This document shows, in pieces, positions 12,901 through 27,549 of a DNA stretch of 64,000 nt. A program made the position numbers and the translations under genes. The notes beneath the pieces are model-generated. The model was not told where the DNA came from, searched no databases, and saw only the letters and a list, made by a program, of their open reading frames with translations. How positions within the stretch are numbered: the first letter of the stretch is position 1; every line of letters starts with the position of its first letter. The stretch spans positions 3,844,001-3,908,000 of the forward strand of contig JAYWIR010000004.1 of assembly GCA_036172245.1 (NCBI GenBank), read 5' to 3'. This stretch comes from Raillietiella orientalis (taxonomy: Eukaryota).

Positions 12901-15519
12901 ATCCTGAAGAATCCGTCAGTGAATGATGTTTTGTGTGGTCTGCGTGCCGCTATGGAATTCTTTATGTGTAATCAATCCGTGCATGAGATGTTCTGTTAGA
13001 CAGCTGGAATTCAACATATACGGTGCACTTCTTCAGAAAACTTTGATCAATCAGAGGTTCTCTCTTAACCCATCGAAACAACGAATCTTCTTTGACGGTT
13101 GCTTGGATACGATTCTGTATACGTCCTTGAGCCTGACCACGGTTTTTCGAAATTTTCTGTTTCAAACTGCAAGGATCGTGACTGCTCTCCGCTACTGATG
13201 CTAATTAAACTTTCTGACTTAAGTGCTACCCTTTTTTGAGTTTATTCATTACTTTCTGCGAGCTTCCAATTCAATTTTACTAACTTGCTATGAAGTTCCT
13301 GGCATCCACAAACCACACATTTTACTTAAGGCACTTTGTTTTTCTTCCGCAGCACGACGCACGACGCGAGCAAACTTCGTGCATTCGTTGAGCGTGGAAA
13401 CTGCCGCTCTGAATGAAATCGACATTTTGTTTGGGAGAAGAAAAATAACCATTCTTCGTTTTTTGGAGTTTTTAGAACGCTTATCATTTCACGTACGCCG
13501 TCATTCTCTTACCCAATGCTTATTGCCTCTGGTATTATTAATTAAGAGATTAGCGTGTGCCAGACCGGTGCCTTGAGTAAAGTCTTTAGGATCATCGTGA
13601 CCTACGCCATCCCATGTTTGCTTGAAATCCCGTTTCGGCGAACTGTAAATCTTTCTCAGTTTCGAATCATCGGATTAGATGGGTCCTCTCGTGGCAGGAA
13701 TCATTTCTCTTGCGCATCTTATTGATATCCTGAAAAGCAATTCTTCAACTTCTGTATGACGACGACCCTTTGGGAGCATTCGAGGCACTTCTCTTGGAGA
13801 GCATGTATTCAGGGGGTCATAACTCCGTGTTCCCCGTCACCTTACATCATTCTTCGGTTTAGAAAACCTCCTAGCCACTTGGAAGTTATTTCTCTCTTCT
13901 GCAGAAGACATTTCAACAATTTTAAAATTGGCGTCTTTTTCCGTACTCCGTTGGATACTTCCTTCCGCCTGATCACCCATGCTCGTTCAAGAACCAGTCA
14001 GTCAAAGAGGGGATCTTATTGCAAGACTTCATGAGGAGAGCGGCACGAATTCGAATCCATTCAGGACAGAGTTTGTCTTAAACTGTCTAGCCTGATTGCC
14101 ATCAGCGGATCAAGAGAAGCTGGAATAAGAAGGCTGCGAAGGAAAAGTGACAAACCGCTTCAAAGAATTCGGTTTCTTTCAGACAGTGGCACACAGAAGA
14201 GGCTGCTGCCTCGGTAAAGGATGCAGAAATAAATGAGAAAAGATGATTCGAAATCTGATTATCGGACCGGTTTGCTTTTTTAAGCTCAGATTTTTCAGAT
14301 AGGATGATCTTATATTCGAGAAAACGAGGCAGATCTCCGGGAAAGAATGAATCATGAAACGAGACGTATAAATTCTTGCAAGGTGATCACATTAGGTGTC
14401 TCGGATTCCATTCCTGAGAACCCACAGTTCCTGAATAATGCAAAGTTAGATAGCGGAAAATCCGTATAAGCAAAGCAAGCAGGAACTCCCAAGCATCCTT
14501 CCTCATTTTTCAGATTTCTTAGAGCTCCTTCAGCCTCATTTTTCATCATTAGTTGCTGAATTTTTGCATGCACATGAAATCGAAAAATAAATACTTGCAG
14601 AAAAACAGGAGGAAATGGTGATTTACGGCACCGTAAGTAATCTTTAATCCGTTTCACATCTTGGTACAAAGTTTAATAACGACGAGTGTACGGATCGTAA
14701 TGAGGACGAGCCAAAACTGAGGATTGTAATTAACAGCGGGAACGCAAAAGAATAATTGGTGTTATTATTGTTTTCAATTACCGCCGTGGAGTACGTTTGG
14801 GCAGCTCTATCTTTCTGGATTGATCTTTCAGCTTATGACGAGGATGATGATTTCATGATATTGAAGACGAGGATGTTAGCATTCCCTTGGATCGAAGATC
14901 TTTGTTCTTTTCGTTTATTAATCCGTCATGTGAGCTCCGAATCGAAATTCAATAACTTTTTTTCAAGAGTGCGCATAGGCGCATCTTCCGAACGAAAGTC
15001 CGACTTCATTAAGCTCAAAGGAATTATTAAATTTCACATTTATGGGAAGAACTCTACTGATAGTTACTGAAAGGGCGTGACTCCCCTTCGCTACTTGATT
15101 CCTAAAGGTTGTACCAGCCAGGAAGGAATCCACGGCCCGCAGCGTTGCTTTGTGCGGCCCTCGGTACTTGGAAATTGTTTTTTGAAACCTCATTTTTTAA
15201 AATCTTTTTTGAGATTCGATCCAGTTGAGAGATCCGTGATCACTTTATTTGGAGTTCTGCTCTTTTCGCTTCCCCTGTATAATCGTATTGTTCGACGTTT
15301 TACGAGGTTAAATACTTTTAAACAGGAAAAACTTTTTTTCCTCTATCTCTTCTTACTCGTTCTTCCTTTGAGGCATCCCAGCACTAACTCGAGAAAGGTA
15401 ACCAACCTGATAGTGGGACCAGAAAAAGTAAAAAGCATCCATATAATGTAAGAAAGGGGGGAAAGAATAAGGAGACTGGCCATGGTGAATTTTTTGAATC
15501 TAATAAATTGGCAATTATT

Positions 15520-15571
15520 ATTTTTATTTTTATTTTTATTTTTATTTTTTTTTGGGGGGGGGGGGGGGGGG
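15520..15571. repeat. (ATTTTT)n array running into a T run and a G18 homopolymer
   Basis: Read directly. Confidence 0.9.
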
Positions 15572-18500
15572 CATGCTTCTTGAACGGAGCCATGCGAACC
15601 GCTGCCGGGCCTCTATGGCTGGGTTTATACCATTATCGATTCCCGTGGTGGCTTTGATCCGTGCTTGAAAAGCAAAACCAAAGCTCTGGCAGCGCGGATT
15701 TCAAGAACGGAACAACCTTTGCAATAACGAACGGGAGGTTGCCAAATTCTTCCACCTTACGGCAGTAACTCTGCTGGAAGCATCTTCCGATTTTCATTTG
15801 GTTTTCGACTGACGGCGCAGGCATTCTGCATATTTCTGGTGGGGGTCTTCCCCCACATTTGTTAACCCATGTCTAACTGATGTATTTCGTGATGCATCTC
15901 CTTAATTCGGACCCCACTTGGATTTGACCTGTGTGCGGAATGCCGAGCTGGAGATTTAATTGGATTGATTTCTCGAGCATTCCTAAGGATGCACAGCTCA
16001 CCGGCCTAAGAATCACCAGGTAAATAGCACAGAACGTGTTCGGCGCCAACGCCCACACCACTTGAAATTGCAACGAATCTTCGCTTCGTGCTTAGACCAG
16101 CATCCTTAAATCATCGAACGAGCGCGGGACTCGGAAGGAAATTTTGACTCCAACATTTCGCAAAACTCCGAAATATACGCGCATGTACAGAACAGGAACC
16201 CTGAAATATAAACACATGAAAAAATATATATGTACAAATTTTACCTGCCCTCGCGCATATTCCGAATGTTATTCAGGGAGAGGGGAAGGTAAGATGGAAG
16301 ACGCTGAGATGCAACCACCTCCGAATTTCCCTGCACACAGCGGTACAAATCCGCGAAGCGCATGTATTTGAAACCAGCATGGCGCATGTTTCTCGCACAC
16401 GGTTTTATGACAAGATTTCTATTTCTCAATGACATTCCATTGTGAAGTAGAAGGAGCCTCGGATCCATCTTCTCTTCTTGTGAGACTTGTTGCGCAGTGT
16501 CATACCAAACGAAACGTCTGTGCTATTGACAGTGTACAGCGGAGAGCGACGGTAGTATTCGCATACACGGGAACACTTTCACGCAATCAAGAAGAACCTC
16601 GCGAGTTTGTGTTTGTTTTCGTTTGTTTTTTTTTTGTTTTTTTTTTCCTTTTTTTCCTCCTTTTTCGAGTGCTACATGCCTTGCTGAGGAAAACAAATGA
16701 GAAACCAACTTATCAGGTGAGAAACTTAGCACTTAGCAACCCTCCCCTTGCATGAGCTCGTCTGAAATTGAAATGTTATGGCTTTTTGATTGACTTTTTG
16801 AACGCTGAGGGAGTGCTTCAGATGAATGCTGCAGGTTCCCTCCCTGCTTTCCTATTCCTCCCTTTTGTTTCGCTCAGTCACAAGAATCTCGCTAATGAGT
16901 GCAGCCTCCTACAGAAAAGTGTGTAAGGAAGGAGCTGAGCGTTCTGTATGATCCGTTTTGGATCGTACAAGGGGATTTGCTGTAGGAGGATGCGAAACGA
17001 TCTCCTGAATTCGAAACATCTGTTCTGACCCGATGGGATCGCTTCATGAGATAGCCGTAAACCTATTCCGTTGCCATAGTTGAAAAATTCGGACGTGAAA
17101 ACTGGCATCTTTGAGCTTTCATTACCCATCAAATGAACCACGAGGAACTTGCAAATTTAAAGCCCCACCAGACTCGGCCCTCGTGCCATGAAGTTGGCAG
17201 AAAATAAACATCCCCTCAGAGCAAAAGTGGAAAATGCAAGATTTTTGGTACTTGAATTTGTGGGTGTGTGTGTTCTCCTTTGGTGTGATATTTCCGCAGT
17301 GTTCGGGAGGAAAAAAAGGAAAAGCGGATTTTCCTTCGGATTGTGGACGTCTCACTTGAATACTGAGAAAGTATGAAAGAGGCAAGCCGATTCTCATGCT
17401 TGTTCTCCTTTTCCATGATGACTCTCTCGAGTCTCACCTTCAACGAACCTTCATGAATTCGGTAAATAGACTTTAGAAAAATTCAGCTCGCCGGAACGTC
17501 TCAGACTTCCTCTACAATCTCATTGAAAGAAAGTCTTAATTGCACTGCATTTCGTGGAAGCCCGCTAGAATAAGTATGTAGTAGAATAATCGCGGTTATG
17601 TTTTGGTTATGGGCTGAAAGTTGGCCTATAATTGTCCACAGAGCATTTTCCTTCCTTTCCTTTTCCTTTTTTTTGTTTTGTTTTCTTTATGGTCCTCGGT
17701 GCGCGCTTTTCCATCTGACGGATGGGGGACTGGAAAACCAGAATTCCACCTCACGTCCCGCCGGATCTTTCATCACTGATTTTATTGTTCACATACGGTT
17801 CTCACCTCTCATTACCCCGGGATATAAACCGTAATTTCCTGAGCACTGCATGTCAGTCAATGATCGTTGTACAATAAAACCCGGCAACGTAAACAGATTT
17901 TCCGGAAAATGAATCTGATTTGGTATGGAAATGGCTTTATTGTGGAGCGGTGCACTAAAGATTTCTTCAGCAGTTCAGAAAGGCTTGATGAGAGAAAGGA
18001 TGATCTTATACTTGCTTATCGGTAGCATTTATTTTATCCAAAGCAAGATTTTTTTTTTTTTTTTTCTACTTGCCGAAGGATTTCAGAAATAGTGGCTATG
18101 TGTGCTGCTGGTTGAGCCGATCTGCATTACTCACAATCTGAAAGTTCCTCTCTCAAAAACACACAGCTGCTTTCGTTCTCATGGATCATGAGGTGCAATT
18201 TTTCTTGTTTTTTTTTTTTTCTCCCGTCTTTCTTTCTTTCTTCTTCGAAAATACATATGCATGCCGTAAAAATTCACATTGCCCGTAAGGGAAGACCGTT
18301 TTGCATTTTGTTTTGCACCACCTACTGAAATAAGTTCAGATTACCTCTCTCGAGAACTCTGCATAAATGCATTTTGAAGATGGTCCCGTCGGCCTTAATC
18401 TCTCTCCTCCTGAATTCTCCTTAACTTTTTCTGTCAGACTTCCTTTTATTTATATCATAAGCATTTTTACCTATGCGTACCTTTAGCGCGAGCATGTTTT

Positions 18501-19051
18501 TTTTTTTTTTTCATACCATGTATCTGAATATTGTAGAGGAATGCAAAAAACAAAAATCATGTTGGGAATTCATCTTTTGAAGAAAAAAAAAAAAAGGCAG
18601 CAACTACCTGATGAGGTCACTCAGAATACGGGAGGTTCTGTCAGTCGCAAACTTCATCGGTATGTAATTCAATCCGAAAGACAAAACAAAAGGAAACGTG
18701 CAACCTACCGAACAAGCTCGTTAAGAAGCACATCCCATGTCATTGACTGTTTTTTCAAAGGATGATAATTATAATAAATGAATTTATGCATGGGTTCCTG
18801 CATCAAGCAGGGATTCTTTGAATGGCGCACCAAAGCGGAAACGTGCCAAGTTTGTCCCGTTCTATAAAAGCAAGGATCGAGCGGCTTTTATTTTTATTCT
18901 TTGTCCTGTAATGGACTCAATCATTCAATTTGGTATTGCATATAAGGTCAACTGCATTTTATTTTCACGGTATTAGAAAATAGGATGACTTGTTTTGAAT
19001 CTTTAGGGTGAAGTGAGGGTACTTCAATTTGCTGTTTCTCAACGTTTTTTT

Positions 19052-19105
19052 GTTGTTGTTGTTGCTGCTGCTGCTGCTGTCGTTGTCGTTGTTGTTGTTG
19101 TTGTT
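19052..19105. repeat. Compound trinucleotide microsatellite (GTT)4(GCT)5 GTC GTT GTC (GTT)6
   Basis: Read directly. Confidence 0.95.
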
Positions 19106-19299
19106 GCCAAAGAGGAAAAAAATAAAGGGCATGCAAGCAATCGACGAATTATCGATTCATCTTCCACCAAAACGTTTCTTGAAAGAATTTCAATAACCCC
19201 ATTCTCACGCGTGAAATCTCTTCATTATGAAGAAGAAATGCCTGTTTGGAAAAGTACTTTGAACCAAGACGAAATCTGGATGCAGCCGCAGCAGACGCC

Positions 19300-19344
19300 G
19301 TGTACAAGTACAAGGGTAGTGCTGTGTACAAGTACAAGGGTAGT
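19300..19344. repeat. Perfect 21-bp duplication GTGTACAAGTACAAGGGTAGT, period 24
   Basis: Copies at 19300-19320 and 19324-19344. Confidence 0.9.
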
Positions 19345-21049
19345 CATCCCTCAAGCCCGGCACTGTCGAGGGCGAATTTCCTTTCTCCGCGTATTCACCG
19401 GCAACACAACTGCCTTTAAAAAACCGTCTTCGCAATCGAGGAGGAGAACGTCCACAGTTTACGTGGCAGGGGGGATGCCACGTAAACCATACCGCTAACG
19501 ACAAGTGCAGCCATCGAATTGAATGCCAGTGAAGTTCTCATTAATCAGGATCAGAATCCTGCTTCCTGCACGCGTCCCAACGGGTGCATGCGCAGAGCCG
19601 CCCCCGCGAAGCACGGCAGCACGCAGCCGGGTTGCGCCGAAGGAAGCTGCGAACGGCGCTCATCTGATCCAGCAATGAATTCGTTGTAATGTTTGCTCTT
19701 TGGTTTTGCGTGCTCACTTAGTAATACTTTCTGCGAACATGTTTTCAACCAATGAGTGCAGGCAACCGATCCCCGATCCTGAAAACACCTCCAAGAACTG
19801 TGAATGTGTTACATGGCGATTGATGAAGCAACCCCCTCCCACCTTTCCAAATTTTCCTTTTCTGTTGAACTTCTGCAGGTCATCTGTATTTATTCGCAAT
19901 GTTTGGCTAAACAAATATTCGTGTCGAAAACTCGATGTGTTTTTTTTTGTTGTTGTTTTGGGGGGGGGGGGAGTTTGGGAACCAGGAACAGAACGTGAGG
20001 GCTGCATTATTCATATGAAAAACGTCATGTTGCCAGCAATTGATGATCGTGAACTTATTGAGTTCAGCAACATGTTGAAGACGCATATATAACGTATCAT
20101 GAAAGGTAGATACATTGCCAATACATTTGATAGAATACATGACGCACAATGGATATAATGATAAACATGGATATGGATGATATAGCTATAATATAAGGAT
20201 GTTTCAAGCTGTCCGAAATTTGCCTACAGGGTCCTGAGAGTATGCTGCAAAGAAATAGCAATCCAATCAGTGCAGGTTTCCGAAGACCCAGACTTTGAAA
20301 GCAGAGGCTGCCTTAGAATGGAAGGCAGTTTCTGCAGCCGAAAACAGGGAAACTTTTTCCTTTTTCATTTTGCCAACTGCCTTTGACAACCTGACAAGAA
20401 CTTCTGCAATCAGACATCATTTCCAACAAACGCCATTCGTCGATTCTTCGACATCATTCAGGCTGCGGCAATAAAAGAGAAATTCATCACGAACTGCAAG
20501 CACAATTATCTGAGCTTTTATAATCCAATTATCTTGGCCGATATCGAATTCCTTATGGCGTACGACACAGGGAAAACAAACTGCACCGGTAAATTCCGAG
20601 AAAGCCTACGATTACAACTATCAAACCTCACCTCCTATTAGGGAGAGGGTCCGCTTACCAGATTTTAAGTGGTTGTTCGCTTTCTCCAAAAGGACTTTAT
20701 TGCAAGGCTTGCCGGAGTAATGCTCCTTCTAAAAGTAATGATTACTGAATTACCTCATTTATCCATGTTATAAGTAATAATGGAGGCGTAGTTGCTGATG
20801 AACAGAGGAACAACGCATAATAATCATTGACGTTCAAATGATTGATCAGCATGTTTCAACAGACACTGGAACCCCCCCCCCCATATTGCTACACAAAAAG
20901 TGCTTCGTTTCCCCGAATTTTGAAATGGGTCTAGAGGTTCCGATAGGTTCGGTTGCAACGCACTAGCTAGAGTGGATCACTAGAGGAACAACAAGCAATT
21001 AAAGATTCAGTGTCACTCACTGTTGAGTACTGGAACTCTTTGATCCATC

Positions 21050-21530
21050 TCATGCGATAAAGGTCTGTAAGAAAAATGGGGATACCTATCCATTTCAAGC
21101 TGTGATTTATCTTCATTTAAATAATTGCCTGAAACGCATACAAGTCCAAAGCACCAGAGAGACTTGCCTCGAGTAGCGAATGTTAGAACCCTTGGGTCAG
21201 GGGTGACAAGCAAAACTTACAAGAGGGCGGTTGACTTGCCTGAAGACTGCAACCTCGCTAACAGTAACTCGCGTCCAGCGTAGCTCAGTTGATTCGACCA
21301 CTGAGTGGCAACTTGGAATTCCTTTCAATGCCCTTCAAATTCTTCAGTGGTTGAGTTTGTAAATGGAAGATCATCCGTTTCACTTGAATGCTCAGCCTGT
21401 TGCTTGGATAAAGATGAAAGAAAGCAAATCCTTGAAGCTTCATTTGCCCGCCATCCTTCACATCGAATGTCTCGTAGGAAGTGCATTTTGGAGTAAAAAT
21501 TTCTGGCAAATGCTTCTGCTACTTCGGAAC
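21050..21530 (-). mobile_element. Possible L1-like ORF2 linker / RT N-terminal remnant
   Basis: EVAEAFARNFYSK...FLSSLSKQQAE...TTEEF, then GKS..GL and SYRPLS, in the expected order. Spacing is imperfect. Confidence 0.25.
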
Positions 21531-22121
21531 ACATTCGGTTTGCATCTGGAAGTTCTCTGGATTTCAAAACAAATAAGGAGCCGTAGCTGATGACAACAAG
21601 TTCCCATCAGTTTCGGTCTGCACCTAAAGGGAAGTTGGACCTCGTGCAGCACCTTGCTTCGGGATTCGTAATCGAGTGTCACAGTTTTCGTAATTTATTC
21701 ACTAAGCAATGTTAGAGTTATTTAAGCGCACTTTGTCAGATGTGTGAGTTTTATTTTATTTTATTCTTTTTTTGTTTTGGTGGAGCAGTTCCTATGAACT
21801 GGCAAGTCGGAAATGAACCTCAGAAAAGACAAAGCTGTTGTCGCGTACGTCTTCCACAAGCCGGTTGCAAGCTCTAGAACTCGCGCTGAAATCCCGTGTT
21901 CGATCTTGGATTGCTCCATAATCTCCAGGAGCTTGCGTATTGACTGCAGTCAATCACGAGATAGAAACGAAGATCAAGTGCAGCTGGCACACACAGAGAT
22001 GACTGTTGTAACAAGTAACACCCAAAAACGGTGCAGTTCTTTTAATGTTTTTTTTTCTCTCTTTCTCCCTGAATTGACTCTGAAAATCTGTACCGTATCC
22101 TCGCACCAACTGAGCAGTTGA

Positions 22122-22166
22122 TATGATGATACAGTACAGATTTTGGTACGATGATACGGTGCAGAT
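22122..22166. repeat. Imperfect 20-bp tandem duplication
   Basis: TATGATGATACAGTACAGAT vs TACGATGATACGGTGCAGAT; 3 transitions. Confidence 0.8.
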
Positions 22167-25100
22167 GGAAATGCTCCGCTATTATCTGCCAGTAATAAGA
22201 AAAAAATTTCAGAATCTGACTATCAATAGGATTTGGATTTTCCCATTCTAGAGATGCATTTTTCTTTTATACTGATTGTTTTTGTGCACTACGAATAGGT
22301 GTTCCTGCAATGATCGGTCCTGCTGCAATTTGTAAAGTCAGCGCTTAGTACAACGCAGGCATTGGATCATCTTTGTTTGATTTCAATTGCAGAATCATGT
22401 GAAGTCTGGTAACCCTGGGAGAAGGCATTTCCATTTTCTTGTTTGGATTAATTAGTGGTGTTTGAAAACACAGCCTATTCGTTCCTGTTCTTGTAATGCC
22501 CTCAGTCAGTTAACCTCTTTCTTTGGTGTTCATCACCCTGGATCTTCAGTGTGCAAAAAAAAAAAAGACCCTCCGAAAAAAAAAAAAAGCAGTTTTTCTC
22601 AGAGACTGATCCTGAGAAAGCGGGAAGGAAAAAAAAATTCCACCTTTCAATTACAGAATTCCGATTCTGTGGTTTTCATCTCCATTCGTCGCATTTTGCG
22701 GAAAAATTTCCCCTTCTGGAGTTGTTTTTCCTAAGACATCCAAGCCAACGCCATTTTCTTCACTTAGGCATTCGTTTTCGTTTCGAAGCTTGAATCTCTG
22801 GTCCGTTCGGAGGACTCCCCTTTCATCCCATATGCTCTAGAAAGAGATGATCCCGAAAGGAACACTGGACCGCTAAGCGCAGCATAGAGGAAGTTTGCAC
22901 ACGAGGAATGGAACTTCGGGAAGGCGGTGGTGCGCGCAAGCTGGTGTTTCACTAACAAGTTTCTAGTGACTGAAAGCACTTCAGCTGCACCAGGGAAGAA
23001 GGAAGGGCACACGTGGTCTTCCGCGGCTTGCAAGCGAAAACTTCTTGGAAAAGAATCCGAGGAAAAGAGGACAAGCCAGTAGTGTCAGAGAGCGAGAAGA
23101 TTCTGAACCACGACGCACCTTCTCATTTTTGATCAGTTCCACTCATCTAAGAGGGAGCCTTGTGAAATTTCTTAGTCCTGGAACTGTAGGTTGTCAAGGT
23201 CAGGGAACCGAAAAGGGTCGTTTTGCGGGGGTGGTAAGCAGTTGAATCAAAATAAGAAAAACACATATTCCAGAGAAGAAGAAGCAAAAGTGACGTGATT
23301 TCTTGTTAGGAAGAGACCTATCAGTCTTCCAAACAACATGGAGTCATTTGTACGTGAGCAAATGCTGGAAAAAAGTGCTTCAGACACGTGAGAGACGCAA
23401 AGGTGTCACCTCAGGCAGTGAATAATAAATAGGATTCAGATTTTGAGATGTCGAAAAGTTGCGAAGAGAGAGCTCGCGGACGCTTGACAGATTCGGTACA
23501 TTCCCGCATCGAAGAGTCAGAGGAAGGATGCTCGTGGGAGCTTCATGCTGAAGAATCTAACCAAGTGGCTGTCATGAAGTAGGGGAGGGGGAAGGAAGGA
23601 AGCGAGAGGAACCAAAAAAGCAAAGCTTCCCATCGTGAAGTCAAGACGATTTCTTGAGGAGGTGCACTCGGGGAACTGGTAGTCAAGATCTTGAATGAAG
23701 AAAAAGCACGTGGGTTCCTGGCTGCACCACACGAGGTCTTTGGAAACACGCGGTTCTACTGGAAACACCTTTCCTGTAGAACGGCGTGCTTCTCAGTCCT
23801 GCATCCGAGCTCGTGGGGGAGAGCACAGCACAGTGCGTTCATCCGGCAAAAATCAGCACGAAAGTTTCATCAGCATCATCTGAGAAACCTCTTTCAAAAG
23901 TCTGTTTTCTTTGGAATTCCTCCGTGGACTGGGAAAACAGGAGGAGGAAAGATCGAAATGGGACGTAAGAGAGATTTCGGGATCGGGTCGCGATCGTGAT
24001 CTCGTTCGTGGGCCGGGGAAGAAGGGGATCGGAAAAATCTGGCACTGTGCTGACTGGGAAAGCAGGGAATCTCACTCTTGGCTAGAAGCTCCTTCGGCTC
24101 ACATGTCTCGGAGAGCTGCACTTACTCAGGAATAAAAATAACATCCCTGAAGACTGGATGGAGAATCGAGCAAACGGAGAGCTGGAGGCAGCGATCGCGG
24201 AAACGCGGATCACGAGGAGAGCATTCAGATGCTGCGCCTCTCTGATTTCGAGATCTCGGAATTTTCTCGCATGTATTCATGAAGACTTGTGAGAAGGAGC
24301 AGTTGCTGGGTCCTTCGTTTCCTTTTTCCAGCTCCTCTGCTGGTTCCAGGAATAACGAATAACCAGAATCCAAACAGAACGAGGTGTACCGCACTCGAAA
24401 ACTTTGGCATTTGCATCGGATGAGGCGATTTCGAATCGCAGACCTTTAGAGAGAAGTGCGCTTAGAGACTGAATCCAACGCTGCGGAGACGATTAAGGTT
24501 CCAGTGATTGAATCCTGCGTGCTGGAAGAGGGGAAAGGAGCAAGCTGGTTTGCTGCGTAGATTCAGGGTCTTCATTCCTTCCATGAGTTTAGATGGAAGA
24601 AAGATAGAAGGATGATCAGACATGACTAGCTCAGCAGCTGGAATGCATAAAACGTGCTTTTAGCTACTTACTTAAGATGCAAACAGGTCTTTCGCTAGAA
24701 AGTCGGATTTCTCCTCGGACTTTACTAGTCGGAAGTGAAAGTACCTCGTTTTTGGTCTTTCAGACCAGGTCGGACAACCGGATCCCAGTTAAGAGAACAT
24801 CCAAGCTTCTGGAATCATACAAGAGAAGATCTCATAAGTCGTCCAGAAAATTGGGTGGAAGCTGAGCGATGTAGTTAGAAACAGCGGAATTGTTGTTGGC
24901 AAATTTAGGCGAGCAATTTCCAAACAATCATCAAGGAGCAATTGGTTCTTCGCTATCCATCAGGACAGAGGGACATTCAGAGATTGCATTTTTGTGGCAA
25001 CACCGAAGGAAACAGCAAAGAGAAATCCAATTAGCAATTCTGCTCGACGATTCGTCCATTAAGTAGGAATGGAGAAGCTTCGTATTGCTTGGGAACATAT

Positions 25101-27481
25101 GAGAGCTCCCACGTGACGGCATCTTCAGCTGCACCCATCAGCTGAAGATTGTCTGAGACCGCTCATACCGTTTTTTTTTTTTTTGTGGTCTTTCACGTTA
25201 TCAAAGAGCAAACCGATGACCATTCGAAAGGACTTTCCGAATAGTTTTGAGGGGATGAGCAGATTCGGTCACGATGTCTCGGTCTGCTCCAGAAGGAAGC
25301 ACGTCCACGATTTGATTCTTTTGTGTGCTAACCAGAAGGTGCGTTCCGAGAACGTTGCTGGAGATGCATCTACAAGATGAGCCATCTAAAACCAGCTCGC
25401 TTCAAATCTGGTTTTGAGGAGAAACCTAGCGTGGATTGAGGAAAAGTCTGCTTCAAGTACCACCCCATACATCACGTTATAGATATACATGCATTATGTA
25501 AAAACATATATGCACTTGTATTGTATTCGAATCTCTGATATCCATTACAGATGTCGGAAAACGAGAAGGTAGCAACGAAAAGGCTGTTTTCATCAAGTCA
25601 TTACATTTTTGGCTCGTTTTTCTCGTGCTTTCATCCAAAGATCTCGGGAATGTTTCACCATCTCCCGAATTTTAAAATGCTTTTCTCGACGGACTGACCT
25701 TGTGGATGTCATCAGGTGAATTTGTGCTCGTAAGTGGAGGTTTTCGGTCTTCATGTAACGCAGTCTCTACTTAGCGGAGCATCTTCTTTGCAGTCATCTT
25801 TTCCCAGAGGCGCTTTTAGATTGCACCTTCGAGAAGTGTCTGTTCGTTTTGACTTTCAATTCAGCGAAATCCAAGAGACGTTCATCACTCGAATCTCGGT
25901 ATTTCCTAGAGACTCAGCCTAGGACCCTCTCTCTGAAATGCCCGCTGGAAATGCATCCTTTCCATCTTTTCATTTTTTTTTAACGTGCAATTCCTTCACC
26001 TAGGAGAATGTTGATGGCTTGGCACAATTATGATTATGAGTCTCCTAGAAACCTCCTGAGAATCTCAAATAAGTCCTTTCCTTCTGCTAACGGAAGGCTT
26101 CCTCGCCTAGATAATGGCGGCCAATGATCCTCGTTTCACTAAATTTTTCTTTTTTACTGAGCTTTCATGCTTTGTGCAAAGCAGGTCTGTCGATTCTGAT
26201 TAGCATTTGAATAACCCATTTCCGACGAGATACAGAAGTGTAACTATTATTCTTGTCATCATTATGATCACTCTCAGATTGGCCCCCTTCCTGTTTCCAG
26301 AAAGCATTCGCCTTGCAAAAGGAACTTTTCGGATAAATAAAGAATTCATAGCTGTAGCTTTTTTGAAAGATGTTTCCGTCTTGCTTTTCCTACTCTTTAT
26401 TCAAAGTTTGCATATACCCTTTGAGTTCGTTTCACTCTAATGTGATTACATCTTGAATGTTTTCAGCTCAGTGTTCTGATTTTCATTCATCCGGAAAGGA
26501 TGCAGACATGAGAAACTAATTCGCTCCATTCCCTGAAAATTTATGTTGAGATATCCCTCTTGTGTTTCGTCGTGGCGTTTATTCCTCTCACTTGAGGCAG
26601 ATCCGTTTCAGTCTCTTCCAAGTGCTAAACATCACGCATAAGTCAGGATGGTGCATTCCTTAAAACTCGAGTCATAAGATTTAATGTTTTATTTAATTAT
26701 GCAAGTTCGAAAAATTAAATCGTATACGTGAACATAACAAGAGGATGAAGCGTAGCAATCTGTCTTGTCACGGTTTTTCAAGCTGATCAAAACCAGGGAT
26801 TCATTTCTCCAGAATCATTTCTATTCTTGGAAAAAGCTTGACTAATTGATATGCCCAAAAGACACAGTGTGACATAGTAGAGTACGCTGCCTTCCTACTC
26901 GGCTTGCTGCTAAATGCTTCATCTCTTTTTTCTCCGTCTTAGTGAGAACGAATTCTTCAAAAACAATTCTTCAGTCATTTATGGTACCATGAAAAAAAGG
27001 CAGGTTCTAGCTACAGGCTCTCTGACACACTTGGGCACGTTCCTATCTCGATCCGTTATCTAGAGATCTTCCAGGTTCTGCCTCAAAAAGCAGTGTCACA
27101 GTCTCCCTTAGTTGTACCAACAAATTTCTTGAGCTGTAATACTCCTATCGGTCCAGTCTCCTTCGCTCATCCAGGCCTGCATCTTGCACGTAATTGCGCC
27201 CTACCCAGATATGGCACGTAATTGCTCTCTACCTCTACTCGCATTCGTAAGAGTACTCTTTCGTATTCTATTAGGAAATTCGCCTTCTGATTCACTCGAA
27301 ACACTTCACACCCGATCGATGATGAATATTTTAGCTGCCATGGCAAGGGAAGACCTTTTTCCAATGCAGAGAGCATTTTGCTCTGCTCCAGTGAGGCAAA
27401 TGCTTCAACGAGCAAAAAGACTCTCGAGAATCGAAATTCAAGTTCTGTATTCTTGGAGATATAAGCTTATGAGATGATAAC

Positions 27482-27482
<1 letters not shown>

Positions 27483-27546
<64 letters not shown>
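27483..27546. repeat. Compound microsatellite (AC)16(AT)16
   Basis: Read directly. Confidence 0.98.

Positions 27547-27549
<3 letters not shown>

Noticed and set aside
18948..19498. PolyQ ORF (-) and polyV/A ORF (+)
   Set aside because: Explained by translation of the GTT/GCT microsatellite; no domain content.
23194..23202. FTZ-F1-type site TCAAGGTCA (also CCAAGGTCA at 46456)
   Set aside because: A degenerate 9-mer is expected a few times by chance in 64 kb.
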